64,000 nucleotides of DNA, taken from the NCBI GenBank assembly GCA_000092065.1, contig CP000595.1; one strand, 5' to 3'. The position numbers and the translations under genes were made by a program. Below are positions 36,722 through 47,257 of this stretch, piece after piece; the first letter of the stretch is position 1, and each line of letters starts with the position of its first letter. Under the pieces are notes generated by a model, which saw only the letters and a program-made list of their open reading frames with translations, was not told the DNA's origin and made no database searches. The DNA is from Ostreococcus lucimarinus. Its lineage: Eukaryota.

Positions 36722-39127
36722 ATGGCGATGACGCGCGCGATGGCGCACACCGCGTCGCACACCGCGTCGCATACGCGTCCGACGTCGCGAACGGGACGCG
36801 GGACGCGACGCGCGCGCGCGCGCGCGATTCGGAACGACGAGGCGAGCGACGCCGAGGCGGGCGTCGAACGAGGCGAAGACGTCGAGCGGGCGACGCGGGC
36901 GACGCACGCGGTGTACGTGGAGAATCCCGACGGTGGGACGAACACGTGCGTGCGCGTGGTGGGGCCGAATCGCCGGGGGGGGTTGGCGAAAATAATCGCC
37001 GCGTTGACGAATTACGGGTTGGACGTGCAGAGCTCGTTCACGCGGACGACGGCGAACGGGAGCAGCGTGGACGACGTCTTTTACGTCACGTGGGATCCGA
37101 GAGAGGCGGGGAAGTCATTCGATGAATCTCACGCGCGATTGGCGTCGCAGTTGGAGGAAGATCGATTCGAGGATTTGAAAAGGTTCATCGTCGACGCCAT
37201 GACGCCGACGGAGACGCGCGAGCGGTACACGTCGCGCATGCCGAAGATTTACGGCATCGCCGCCGAATCTGAAGTTTTGGCGATGAAGCGACGATTGGAT
37301 GACGCGATCGACCCGTCGAATCAGGAGGAGTCGAAGATCGCGCGCGACCCCGTCTTCATGGCGTCGCAGCTCGAGTTCGTCGCCGCCGAGTTGGCGAGCG
37401 CCACGGCGCGCCTGGTGCAAATCGACCGCGTCTACGCCAAGGTTGAATCTTGCGGGGTGGAGTATTTATGGGAACTCGAAGGCTCCGATGAAGAAGTCGT
37501 GAACGACGAGTGCGTCGTCATCGAAGCCGAGCGCTCCGACGCTCGCGCGATGTTTGAACGCAAGCTCGCCGCCATGGAGGCGGCGCTCGCCGCTCGCGAC
37601 CGAGCGCGAAGAGGGCTCACGACATCATCGGACACCGCTTCGGGTGTCGCGGTGGTGCAACGGACCGATGAAGCGACGTCCACGCTCGCGAAATCACGCC
37701 AGCCTCTGAACGAAAACAACACCACCAAGGCGAAGCTTTCCAAGCTTTCCACGGATATGGCGCCGCAGACGCCGTTCGCCTCGCCCCTCAGTCGCCCTCT
37801 CCCTTCGACACCGTGCGGAAACGGTCGGGAACTCATCCTTCAAGGCTTCAATTGGGAGTCGTGCAACGAAAAAGCGAACAACGATCGATCTTGGTATCAA
37901 CTGTTGAATGAAAAGGTTCCCGAAATCGCCGCCGCGGGCTTCACCTCCGTTTGGATGCCCCCGCCGACGAAATCCGTGAGCAAGCAAGGGTACCTTCCCA
38001 CCGACTTGTACAACTTGAACTCCTTCTACGGCTCAGAAGATGAGCTGAGATCATGCGTCGCTCGCATGCGCGAGTACAACATCACGCCGGTGGCGGATAT
38101 CGTCATCAATCACCGCTGCGCCGAGGCGCAGGACGACGCGGGGCGATGGAACAAGTACACGGGGAAGATTGATTGGGATGCGCGCGCGATCACGTGCGAG
38201 AACCCGCAATTCGGGGGACAGGGATCGCAAAGCACGGGCGAGGACTATCTTCCCGCGCCGAACATCGATCACACTCAACAGTTCGTCCGCAAGGATTTGA
38301 AGGAGTGGCTTTCGTGGATGCGCGACGACGTCGGATTCCGCGGCTGGCGATTTGATTTCGTCAAAGGCTACAGCGGCGTGTTCACTGGAGAGTACGTCGA
38401 AGAAACGCGTCCTTTCTTATCGTTCGGCGAATTTTGGGACGAATGCTCATACCGTGACGGGGTTTTGGAATACAATCAAGACGCGCACCGTCAACGAACG
38501 TGCGACTGGGTGGATTCCACCGGCGGTAACACGGCGGCGTTTGATTTCACCACCAAGGGTATTCTGCAAGAAGCAGTCGCACGCACCGAGTACTGGCGAT
38601 TGATCGACACGAAAGGGCGCCCACCGGGTTTTTGCGGCATGTGGCCCTCTCGCGCCGTTACGTTCATCGAAAATCACGACACGGGCTCGACGCTCCAGCA
38701 CTGGCCGTTTCCGAGGGATAAAATATTGCAAGGATACTGCTACATCCTCACCCATCCGGGAACACCCACGGTGTTCTACGACCACTGGGTCGACCCGAAG
38801 TGGTCGGAGGCCATCGGCGTGATGTTGGATATTCGCAAGCGCACCGGGCTTTCGTCCAACGCCGCCGCCGTGCACATCGAGCGCGCCACCGCCGGTCTTT
38901 ACGCCGCGCACATCGGGCACGCGCAAGAGATGTACACCGAAGGGTTGAGCATGGACGTCGATGTCAAACGTCCGTCGATCTGCATGAAGCTCGGCGTCGA
39001 AGACTGGTCGCCAAACGCGGCTAAAGTTGGAAACTTGTCGTGGAAGTGCACGGCGAGCGGCGATGGATGGGCGATTTGGGAAGACAAGAACCATCTTGAA
39101 GACGAAGAAATCAGCAAAGCGAGGTGA
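36722..39127 (+). CDS. Alpha-amylase (GH13, plant type) with N-terminal presequence and ACT-like domain
   Basis: LILQGFNWES...VWMPPP...ADIVINHRC...GWRFDFVKGY...FIENHDTGST are the GH13 alpha-amylase catalytic regions. The N-terminal VYVENPDGGTNTCVRVVGPNRRGGLAKIIAALTNYGLDV is ACT-like. ATG at 36722. Confidence 0.9.
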   Translation: MAMTRAMAHTASHTASHTRPTSRTGRGTRRARARAIRNDEASDAEAGVERGEDVERATRATHAVYVENPDGGTNTCVRVVGPNRRGGLAKIIAALTNYGLDVQSSFTRTTANGSSVDDVFYVTWDPREAGKSFDESHARLASQLEEDRFEDLKRFIVDAMTPTETRERYTSRMPKIYGIAAESEVLAMKRRLDDAIDPSNQEESKIARDPVFMASQLEFVAAELASATARLVQIDRVYAKVESCGVEYLWELEGSDEEVVNDECVVIEAERSDARAMFERKLAAMEAALAARDRARRGLTTSSDTASGVAVVQRTDEATSTLAKSRQPLNENNTTKAKLSKLSTDMAPQTPFASPLSRPLPSTPCGNGRELILQGFNWESCNEKANNDRSWYQLLNEKVPEIAAAGFTSVWMPPPTKSVSKQGYLPTDLYNLNSFYGSEDELRSCVARMREYNITPVADIVINHRCAEAQDDAGRWNKYTGKIDWDARAITCENPQFGGQGSQSTGEDYLPAPNIDHTQQFVRKDLKEWLSWMRDDVGFRGWRFDFVKGYSGVFTGEYVEETRPFLSFGEFWDECSYRDGVLEYNQDAHRQRTCDWVDSTGGNTAAFDFTTKGILQEAVARTEYWRLIDTKGRPPGFCGMWPSRAVTFIENHDTGSTLQHWPFPRDKILQGYCYILTHPGTPTVFYDHWVDPKWSEAIGVMLDIRKRTGLSSNAAAVHIERATAGLYAAHIGHAQEMYTEGLSMDVDVKRPSICMKLGVEDWSPNAAKVGNLSWKCTASGDGWAIWEDKNHLEDEEISKAR

Positions 39128-39385
39128 AGGAGATCGCAAATTTAATCGAAACGCATAGCTCCACTGTTTCTTTTAAATGTAATGCAAAATTGACGCATTA
39201 AACACACCGGCCATCTGCGCGCGCCGACATCGTAGAATTCTGCGCGCCGGTTCGGGAGCGCTCTATCGAGAAAGATTGGCGAAGCAGAGGATGATTTAAG
39301 AGCAAGTAACATTGAAACGCATAATATTAATGAGTAAATTCGAGCGCCTCACGCGAAAACGAGTTCATCGCAGGAGGTGAACCGC

Positions 39386-40537
39386 TTAGTAGAAGCCGAA
39401 GCCCTTGGCCGCGTTGGTGAGGACGTTGGAGTGAACCGGGTCCGCAACGTGGGATTGCCAGTTGGCGATCGGGCCTTCTTGGGTGGCGAGCGCTTGGAAG
39501 ATGCAGCCCAACCACGCGAACATGGACAAGCGGCAGTGCTTGAGCTCCTTGATCTTGAGTTCTTCAAGGTCGCCAGACTCGGCGAGGCCGAGCGGGTCGA
39601 AGCGTCCACCCGGGTTGACGTCACCGACGGTGAGGCCATCATCGAACGGAGAGTCGGAGATACCGGTACGGTACGCTTCCGCGGCGCCGACGAGAACGAT
39701 CTCGATGATGAGAACGTTCCAGAAGGACGGGTAGCCAGAGCCTTCCGGCGCGAGCGGGGCGACGGCGCCCGGGAACTTGTCCGCAACGGCGGTGCAGTCA
39801 TCCGGGGTGCACAAGGTACCCGCGGTGAACCACGGGATACCGGTGCCGTTTTCGGCGGCCCACGCGCCGGTGACACCGAGCATCGCCCAGCGGCCGTGGA
39901 TCACTTCACGCTCGGCGTTCTTTTCGTCGCCGAACGGGATGATCGGGGATTCGCCACCGCCCGGGTAGGTACCGAATTCCGGGTAGATGTCAGCCTTGAC
40001 CGTCGTGGAGACAGACTTGGCCTGCGATCGTTAAAAAGCGCGCGAAGCGAACGTTCGTCAGTCACCGATCGCGCGCGCGTCGTTTCACGCCGCCGTCCCG
40101 CCTCTCCGCGCGTCGCGCGCGAACCGCGAACCCAATCCACCGTTCACGACTCAGCGCCGACCCCCTCCCGAATCCCCGCGCGATAAAGATACGATACGGA
40201 AACCGCCACGAATCGCGTATCGCGCGCGTCTCGCGCGTCTCTCGCCCGCGCCCTCCCCCCCGCGCGGCGCCTCCGATTCAAATCATTTCTCTCCGCGCGT
40301 TCGCGTCGTCCCAGCGCCGTCGCCTCGCCGCGCGCGCGTCCCGCGTCGCCGCGCCCCGTCGCGCGCGATCCCATCCCATCGCGCGCGTCCCATCGCGTCC
40401 CGCGTCGCCGCGTCTCCGCGCGCCGCGTCCCCGCGTCTCCGCGCGTCGCTCGAAGGCTAAAAAATACGCACTTGGATCTTGGTCGCCTTGAAGGCGGCGA
40501 CGCGGCCGACGAAGGAGGAAGCGAGAAGGGCAGACAT
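39386..40537 (-). CDS. Prasinophyte-type light-harvesting chlorophyll a/b-binding protein (Lhcp), two exons: join(40537..40472, 40021..39386) on the minus strand
   Basis: Exon 1 encodes MSALLASSFVGRVAAFKATKIQ and is followed by a GTGCGT donor. A 450-nt intron has an ACTGAC branch motif and a CGCAG acceptor. Exon 2 encodes AKSVSTTVKADIYPEFGTYPGGGESPIIPFGDEKNAEREVIHGRWAMLG...PGGRFDPLGLAE...ELKHCRLSMFAWLG. The ORF-track 'M' at 39904 is a GTG inside the exon. Confidence 0.9.
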
Positions 40538-40991
40538 TGTAGAAATGCGCGTGTGCAGGAATGCCGATACGCGTGGGCGCGATCGCGTCTTGGGATTCGC
40601 CCGCGGTCGGTCGCCGCGATCGTCCGCGCGCCGCGCTCGTATTACGCGCGTCGCGAACGCCGCTTAGTGTTCGATCGCGCGCGATCGCGCGCGTAAATAA
40701 AAAAAATACGACCCGCGATCGCGCGCGCGATCCGATCGGTCTCGCGGCGTCGCGCGTGCACACACGGACCACGCGCGCCACACCGTCGTCGCGCCGTCGC
40801 GCGCGCGATCGCGCGTCGCGAGAGCGCGACGCGCGTCGACGCGCGTCGACGGCGCGACGCGAGGCGAGGCGAACGCGATCGTCGAGGCCGCGCGCGTCGA
40901 CGCGCGCGTCGCGAGCGTCGGCGCGGCGTCGCGCGACGCGGCGAGGGACGTCGCGAGCGTTGGGTGTTACGCGCGCGCGAGCGGCGACGCG

Positions 40992-43604
40992 ATGACGCGC
41001 GAGGGCGACGACGGCGCGGCGGCGTGGCCGCGACCGAGCGCGACGTTGGTCGCGGTGGGATGCGCGGCGCTGGCGCTGGCGTGCCTGGGCGACGGGACGA
41101 GGGTGGCGACGAGCGGATTGCTGGGAGGGGCGTCGACGACGGCGCGCGGCGACGCGGGACGGGAGCGCGTGCTCGACGACGTGCCGTTCGAGGATGATCA
41201 CGTGCGACTGGTGGTGCCGAGAGTGGAGCGAGATATCGCGGCGGAGGAACTGCGGGGGGAGGTGTCGTGGACGCGAGCGGCGACGACGGGGGTGTTCGAC
41301 GCGAGGGCGAACGGCGGCGCGAGCGCGACCAACGGAACGGAGTATCGTCCCGTGGCGACGTACGCCGCGCTCGGGCGCCGACGGCATCACGGCAGAAAAC
41401 ATCATCGATACGATGATGACGAGGAAGAACTGGCGTACGAGACGAAAGGGGACGATTTCGAGCTTCCCGAGTTGTCCTCGGTCGAGCCCAAGGATTCGAA
41501 AAAGAAGGAGACGGAGACGTTCGGCGGCGAGCTCACCGCGAGTGAGGTCGAGTCCATCTTGGACAAGCTCCGAGCGCAGTCGCAAGCTTTAGAAACGGGA
41601 TCAGACGCGACGAGTAGTTTAGGGGCAAAAGAAGCGTCGACGCCCGGCGAGCAGATTGACGAGCTCGAGAAGACGCTTGCGCGGGGCTCGTCTAATGCCG
41701 CGAACGAGATTAAGACTAAGAAGAGCTCGCTCTTGAGCTCGATCGAAGAAACGTCGAAAGATTTGGTTGAAGAGTTAGATTCGGTACCGGCACAAACGTA
41801 CAAGCTCACGTTTCCGTCGCCCAAAGCTCCGTCGAAAGATGACAAGGCGCGCGACGAGACGTCCACCGCTGACGCGGATGCGCAACCTGAAGCAAACTCT
41901 GAAATTTCGAGACAGATTTCGAGCATGGCAAAGGGCGAATCGGATGCTGGAGATGCCGCGTTCCTCAAATCGTTGATCGAAGATCCGGAAACATCGGAGT
42001 TGATGTCGGAATCGATGTCTTTATCGTCGGCCCAGCCTACGTCGAAAGCGCCGACGCCGTCGAACACGCCGCTAACGCCGTCGCCGGCGACGGATGCGAC
42101 GGTTTTGGGTGATAATGGGACGACGACCTCGCCTGTTGACATACCGACCAAGCCAGCCATTCTGCCAGACGTTGTGCGCGCGACTGGCGACGTTGCTAAG
42201 AATACGACAACGTACGACGACGCGTCAGATGGAAGCTCCCACGAAGATTTGGAGTACGGCGAAGGCTCTGAAGTCGCGCCGAACTCAAAACACGACGACG
42301 CAGAATCGAAATTGACAGAAACGGCGCAGACGGGAGAACCTGCGATCGAGTACAAGAAGAAAATCGATACGACAAACGACATAAACCTATACGAGAACGC
42401 GTTGCGAGGCGAGGCGCACCCTGAGCGATCTTGGGCACAGAAGGGTCTGAAACCCGCGGACGAGAGCGTTCTGACGGAAGAAAACATCAAGCAGAACGAA
42501 TTAGCGGAAGACCAGTCGCTCACAGTTGATTTTCTCAATCGTTTCCCGGTACAATTGCCTAAATCGGAGCGAGAGACACAAAATTGGAGGCGTTATCAAA
42601 AATTGCGAACGCGCGCCGGCGCGAAGTCGGCGGAGGAGCAGTCGGAAGAGGACCGAGAAACGGTGGAGAGAGTCACCGCCGCCGCGGTTGAGCTCGTTCG
42701 CGCGGAAAAGAAGGGCGAAGATGACCGTAAAGAAAAATCGTGGAGAGATGTGGTGTTTTCTCTGTACTTCATGGGCCCGCTTGGTTTCGTAGCATTCGTC
42801 AGCGTGTTTTACGCCGTCGTCGTGCTCGTGGTGAGGAAAAGTAAAAAGTCGCCCTCGAAGACCGGTACCGATCCCGATGACGACGAGGCTTTTGATAAGT
42901 TTCTTCGCGACGTGACTGTGACAAAGTCAAAGACTCACACGAGACGAGAGAGCGACGGTGGATTGGCGTCCTTCCTGGGCTTTGTCAAGAAGCGAGTCGA
43001 CGACGTGGATGAGTTTGCAAAGTACGCTAGCGCTCGATTACAGCGTACCGTGGACGAAGATGGTGAGGATGATGTCGACGAAGAAAAGGTGTGGCATCAA
43101 TCCACGGTAAGCGCATCGGGTTTGGAATCGACCTCCATCTCTGGAACCTCGACGCCACGCGCGTCGACGTCGGCGTCGTCGCCGAATCGAGTCAATCACG
43201 ATCCCGATCGCGTCTTGGATAAAGCGGTGGTGAATCGAAGTTTGCAGTCGATTCGTACGCGTGAGCTTTCATCGCCCGAACGCATACGAAACGTGCGCTC
43301 GCGTGCGGGGACGGCGGATCCGTCGCCGGCGACGACTCCTCGCGAAACATCGTATCTAACGCAACAAACCATCGATAGACTCGAGCCGGAACGACCGAAG
43401 CAACGGCAGCCGCAGTCGGATCAGGAACCACCGCAACGTGAACAGCGTGAGCGGCAATCGTCGCGAGCGAAGGCGAACAAACCGTCACCGCAAGTGTATC
43501 GCTCGCTCTTCCCTAGGGAACAAACCGAGCCGCCTCCCGCGCCGCCGCGCCGCCCCGGAGACGCGCCGCAAATAGTGCGTTCGATGACGACTAAATTCTA
43601 CTAG
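40992..43604 (+). CDS. Hypothetical secreted/membrane protein, acidic and Ser/Thr-rich with one C-terminal TM segment
   Basis: N-terminal signal-like WPRPSATLVAVGCAALALACLG; a long low-complexity D/E/S/T-rich ectodomain; a TM segment VVFSLYFMGPLGFVAFVSVFYAVVVLVV; basic/Ser-rich tail. ATG at 40992. I recognise no family. Confidence 0.4.
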   Translation: MTREGDDGAAAWPRPSATLVAVGCAALALACLGDGTRVATSGLLGGASTTARGDAGRERVLDDVPFEDDHVRLVVPRVERDIAAEELRGEVSWTRAATTGVFDARANGGASATNGTEYRPVATYAALGRRRHHGRKHHRYDDDEEELAYETKGDDFELPELSSVEPKDSKKKETETFGGELTASEVESILDKLRAQSQALETGSDATSSLGAKEASTPGEQIDELEKTLARGSSNAANEIKTKKSSLLSSIEETSKDLVEELDSVPAQTYKLTFPSPKAPSKDDKARDETSTADADAQPEANSEISRQISSMAKGESDAGDAAFLKSLIEDPETSELMSESMSLSSAQPTSKAPTPSNTPLTPSPATDATVLGDNGTTTSPVDIPTKPAILPDVVRATGDVAKNTTTYDDASDGSSHEDLEYGEGSEVAPNSKHDDAESKLTETAQTGEPAIEYKKKIDTTNDINLYENALRGEAHPERSWAQKGLKPADESVLTEENIKQNELAEDQSLTVDFLNRFPVQLPKSERETQNWRRYQKLRTRAGAKSAEEQSEEDRETVERVTAAAVELVRAEKKGEDDRKEKSWRDVVFSLYFMGPLGFVAFVSVFYAVVVLVVRKSKKSPSKTGTDPDDDEAFDKFLRDVTVTKSKTHTRRESDGGLASFLGFVKKRVDDVDEFAKYASARLQRTVDEDGEDDVDEEKVWHQSTVSASGLESTSISGTSTPRASTSASSPNRVNHDPDRVLDKAVVNRSLQSIRTRELSSPERIRNVRSRAGTADPSPATTPRETSYLTQQTIDRLEPERPKQRQPQSDQEPPQREQRERQSSRAKANKPSPQVYRSLFPREQTEPPPAPPRRPGDAPQIVRSMTTKFY

Positions 43605-44064
43605 ATTAGATTACGTTGGAATTACACTTTCCTCTCGATTATATATACGCGCTCGCGCGCTCACCGTCGCGCCCGCCGCACCGGTCGGTCGCGCGCGCGG
43701 CGACCGACCGACTTATCCGTTTATCGCGACGCCGATTTTCGCCGCGCGCGACCAACGACTGCGCATTGTGAGCGCGCGAAGCGGTAACGCGACGCATCGC
43801 GAGGTGCCCTCGGCGGCGGCGGAAACCCGGAAACCCTCGACTGCCGGGTGTGTTCGGTTGCGCGCGCGACTTTGACGCGCGCGCGCTCGGACGCACGCGC
43901 GCTCGATCGAACGCGTCGACGAGACGCACCGCGAGAGCGCACGCTTCGCGCGCGAACGCGTCGACGAGCGCGCGCGCGCGCGCTTCATCGCGACGCGGGC
44001 GAACGGCGAGCGACGCATCGGACACCCGGGAGGATAAAGCGCGCGTCGAGCGCGGACGGCGAAC

Positions 44065-45648
44065 ATGGGACTGTCTCGAGGGGCGCGCACGGGGTCGTAC
44101 GTCGATCTGTCGAAGGAAGCGACGCGTCCGGGGCAGACGGGGATCTTGGATAACGGAGACGCGGCGTCCGATGGGACGTTCAAGTCGAAGATCATCTGCA
44201 CGCTCGGACCGGTGTCGCGAACGGTGGAGATTTTGGAGGAAATGTTGAGGGCGGGGATGTCGGTCGCGCGGTTCAACTTTTCGCACGGCTCGCACGAGTA
44301 TCACCAGGAGACGTTGGATAATTTGCGCGCGGCGTGCGCGAACACGGGCATTCATTGCGGGGTGCTGCTCGATACCAAGGGGCCGGAGATTCGCACCGGG
44401 ATGCTCGCGTGCGGGGGACCGGTGATGCTCGAAGCGGGGAAGGAGATCGTGCTCACCACGGACTACGAGTTCAAGGGTAGCGCGGAAAAGCTCGCGGTGT
44501 CGTATCCGGACTTGGCCAAGGACGTCAAGCCCGGTTCGAAGATTTTGTGCGCCGACGGTTCCGTCACCTTCACCGTGCTCGAGTGCGACGTCGCCAAGGG
44601 CGAGGTGCGATGCCGCCTCGAAAACAGCGCCAAGCTCGGCGAGCGCAAGAACATGAACTTGCCGGGCGTCAACGTGAACTTGCCCACGATCACCGAGAAG
44701 GATCGCCTCGATTTGATCGAGTGGGGGGTGAAGAACAACGTCGACTTCATCGCCGCCTCGTTCGTTCGCAAGGGAAGCGACGTCGAGTACATTCGCTCCG
44801 TTCTCGGCGACTTCGCGAATAAAGTTTCCATCATCTCCAAGGTTGAGAACATGGAGGGCTTAGATAACTATGACGATATTGTCGAAAAGTCCGACGGCGT
44901 CATGGTCGCTCGCGGCGACTTGGGTATGGAGATTCGCATGGAACAAATATTCTTGGCGCAAAAGCGCATGATCAAGCGGTGCAACTACGCGGGCAAGCCC
45001 GTAGTGACGGCGACGCAAATGCTGGAGTCCATGACGGGTGCCCCGCGCCCGACGCGCGCGGAGGCCACGGACGTGGCCAACGCTATTCTCGACGGTACCG
45101 ACGCCGTGATGCTCTCCGGGGAAACCGCCGCGGGCAACTACGCCATCGACGCGGTCAAGTGCATGGCGTCCATCTGTCGCGAAGCCGAAGCGTACGTGGA
45201 CAACGTGGCGAGCTATCACCAAATCCTCGAGCAACAGCCGATTCCTATGGGCGTCGAAGAGTCTTTGGCTTCGTCCGCCGTTCGTACCGCGCAAAAGGTG
45301 CAAGCCTCCATCATTGTATGCCTCTCTCGCACCGGCACGACTTCTCGTTTGATCGCCAAGTACCGCCCGGATGCGCCAATCTTATCTGTGTGCTACGCTG
45401 AAGAAGCCGATCCGGCGAGTGTTGCGCGCCGCTCGCTCGTCAGCCGTGGCATTATCCCGGTTATCCAACCGCCGGAGTGGGGTCAAGGCAACGCCATCGT
45501 CCCGCAAGAAGTCATGCGTAACGCCATCCTCTACGCCCGTGATACGCTGAAGATCGTCAAGCCTGGCGACGCTGTCGTCGGCGTGCACCGTCTCTTGGGC
45601 GAAGCCATCTTGAAGGTCGTCGTCTGCCCAGAAGGTAACGCCTTCTAA
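44065..45648 (+). CDS. Pyruvate kinase, paralog 1
   Basis: [47 protein letters not shown]...[11 protein letters not shown]... ATG at 44065, 527 aa. Confidence 0.95.
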   Translation: MGLSRGARTGSYVDLSKEATRPGQTGILDNGDAASDGTFKSKIICTLGPVSRTVEILEEMLRAGMSVARFNFSHGSHEYHQETLDNLRAACANTGIHCGVLLDTKGPEIRTGMLACGGPVMLEAGKEIVLTTDYEFKGSAEKLAVSYPDLAKDVKPGSKILCADGSVTFTVLECDVAKGEVRCRLENSAKLGERKNMNLPGVNVNLPTITEKDRLDLIEWGVKNNVDFIAASFVRKGSDVEYIRSVLGDFANKVSIISKVENMEGLDNYDDIVEKSDGVMVARGDLGMEIRMEQIFLAQKRMIKRCNYAGKPVVTATQMLESMTGAPRPTRAEATDVANAILDGTDAVMLSGETAAGNYAIDAVKCMASICREAEAYVDNVASYHQILEQQPIPMGVEESLASSAVRTAQKVQASIIVCLSRTGTTSRLIAKYRPDAPILSVCYAEEADPASVARRSLVSRGIIPVIQPPEWGQGNAIVPQEVMRNAILYARDTLKIVKPGDAVVGVHRLLGEAILKVVVCPEGNAF

Positions 45649-45813
45649 GGACTCAAAGAATCGTTCTTTTCCATCACACGTATTGTCGGCAGCACGCTCT
45701 GCACACACGCGCTCTGCACCCATCGCGCGGTAGGAAGTAATCTCGCCTTATCCGGCACATCACAATATTACACAAAACTATTTTCTCCAAAAGCTACCGC
45801 TCGACTGCTGGCG

Positions 45814-47055
45814 TTAGTCGTCTTCGTCAAAGACAGATTCCATCATGAGCTTGAACTCGTTCATGCTCTCGACGCCAGCGATGCTCGGTGTGGAGTTGTC
45901 GCCGCGCATCATGGGCGAAACAATCGGCGGTGCGCGCGGATGCAAGTCGTCACCCGCGACGGCGTTGGACCAGGAATCAATCTGATCGTCTTCGTTCGCG
46001 AGCTCGAGGATGGTCGCCGCGTCTTCCCTGGTGTACTGGTGCGTGAATCGTCTCTCTTCGTCGCCCGAATCGCCATCTTCGACGTCTTCCACGACAACCT
46101 CATCTTCTAATCGCGCAGTGGCGACGACATCCTTGTACAAATTCGTCGGAGCTCGAGTATACTCGATCGGTTTACTCTTCACTTTCTCCTCCAAATCCGC
46201 CACGAGCTTGAGCGTTGTCTCGTGCGTCAAAGACGCGTCGACGGGCAATCCCAAAACCCGCGCCTTTGGTGGCGAAACCGGCGTCGGCGGCGCGCTCGAT
46301 CGCGGTCGTAATGCCTGTTCACGTCCGACGCCCATAAATGCGGCATACGGGTCCCACGGCGCGTCATCTCCGCCCGCGGGTTTCGGCGACGTCATCGCCG
46401 GCTCGAAATTCGCCTTCGCCTCCGGGCTGTCTTCGACGGGCATGGGTGTCAGGCTTAACGCTACGCGCGGTGTCGGCGTCGATACCTCCGCCTCATCACT
46501 TCTCCTCGTCTCTATCGTGTTCAACGGCGGCGAAGGTGCGCGCTCTACGACGCCCGGAAGCGCCGCAGCGCTCGCCGCCTTCGTCGGCGTCTCCACGACG
46601 CTCTGCAACGCCTCGTCCACGACGCGTTCACCCAACAGCTCGCGAAGCTCGTCCTCAAGCGCGCGCAAGCGTTCCAACGCGCTCCCCTTGGACGGTTCCC
46701 ACGGTCGCCACGGTCGCTCACTGTCTCGCGCGTCTCTCTCTCGCGCGTCCCGCTCGGCGTCCCGCTCGGGCGCCGCCCCGCCGTCCTCTGCGCGACCCGA
46801 ACCCGTCGTCTCCCCCTCCAGCTGCGCGAGCACGCGCGGTAAATCACGCATGAGCACTCGCGCTTGCGCGAGATCGATCTCGTCCAGTTCGTCGTCGTCG
46901 AACGCGTCCGACGCGACGTCTGGAATACCGCTCGAACGTCGATTCGCGTCGTCGCCGGCTCCGCGCTCGTCGCGCATGATCTCGAGCGCGCGCGCGCGCA
47001 GGTCGACGTCGACGTCGACGTCCGTCGGCGCGCCGCGCGCGGCGAGGGGCGACAT
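45814..47055 (-). CDS. Hypothetical acidic, predicted-disordered protein
   Basis: 413-aa ORF with ATG start, D/E/P/A-rich. I recognise no domain. Coding status rests on length and GC3 only. Confidence 0.3.
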   Translation of the reverse strand: MSPLAARGAPTDVDVDVDLRARALEIMRDERGAGDDANRRSSGIPDVASDAFDDDELDEIDLAQARVLMRDLPRVLAQLEGETTGSGRAEDGGAAPERDAERDARERDARDSERPWRPWEPSKGSALERLRALEDELRELLGERVVDEALQSVVETPTKAASAAALPGVVERAPSPPLNTIETRRSDEAEVSTPTPRVALSLTPMPVEDSPEAKANFEPAMTSPKPAGGDDAPWDPYAAFMGVGREQALRPRSSAPPTPVSPPKARVLGLPVDASLTHETTLKLVADLEEKVKSKPIEYTRAPTNLYKDVVATARLEDEVVVEDVEDGDSGDEERRFTHQYTREDAATILELANEDDQIDSWSNAVAGDDLHPRAPPIVSPMMRGDNSTPSIAGVESMNEFKLMMESVFDEDD

Positions 47056-47257
47056 CGACGCGCGATGGGCGCGAGGCGACGACTGAAGCGGCGGTTCGTT
47101 CGCGCACCAACCAACGTTTATTTATTTCTGCAACGAGCGAGACGCGCGGAACGGGCGGCTGCGGACGCGCACGCGCGAGGCGTCGCGCCGCCGGATGACG
47201 AGGCGAAAGTTGACGACTATCGCGATGTACAACACGGCAGGACGCGCGATGCGTCGG

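Noticed and set aside
40278-41585. 435-aa minus-strand ORF overlapping the Lhcp intron and the start of the 40992 gene
   Set aside because: Extremely Arg-rich, spans a demonstrated intron and intergenic DNA, and has no ATG context or motif.
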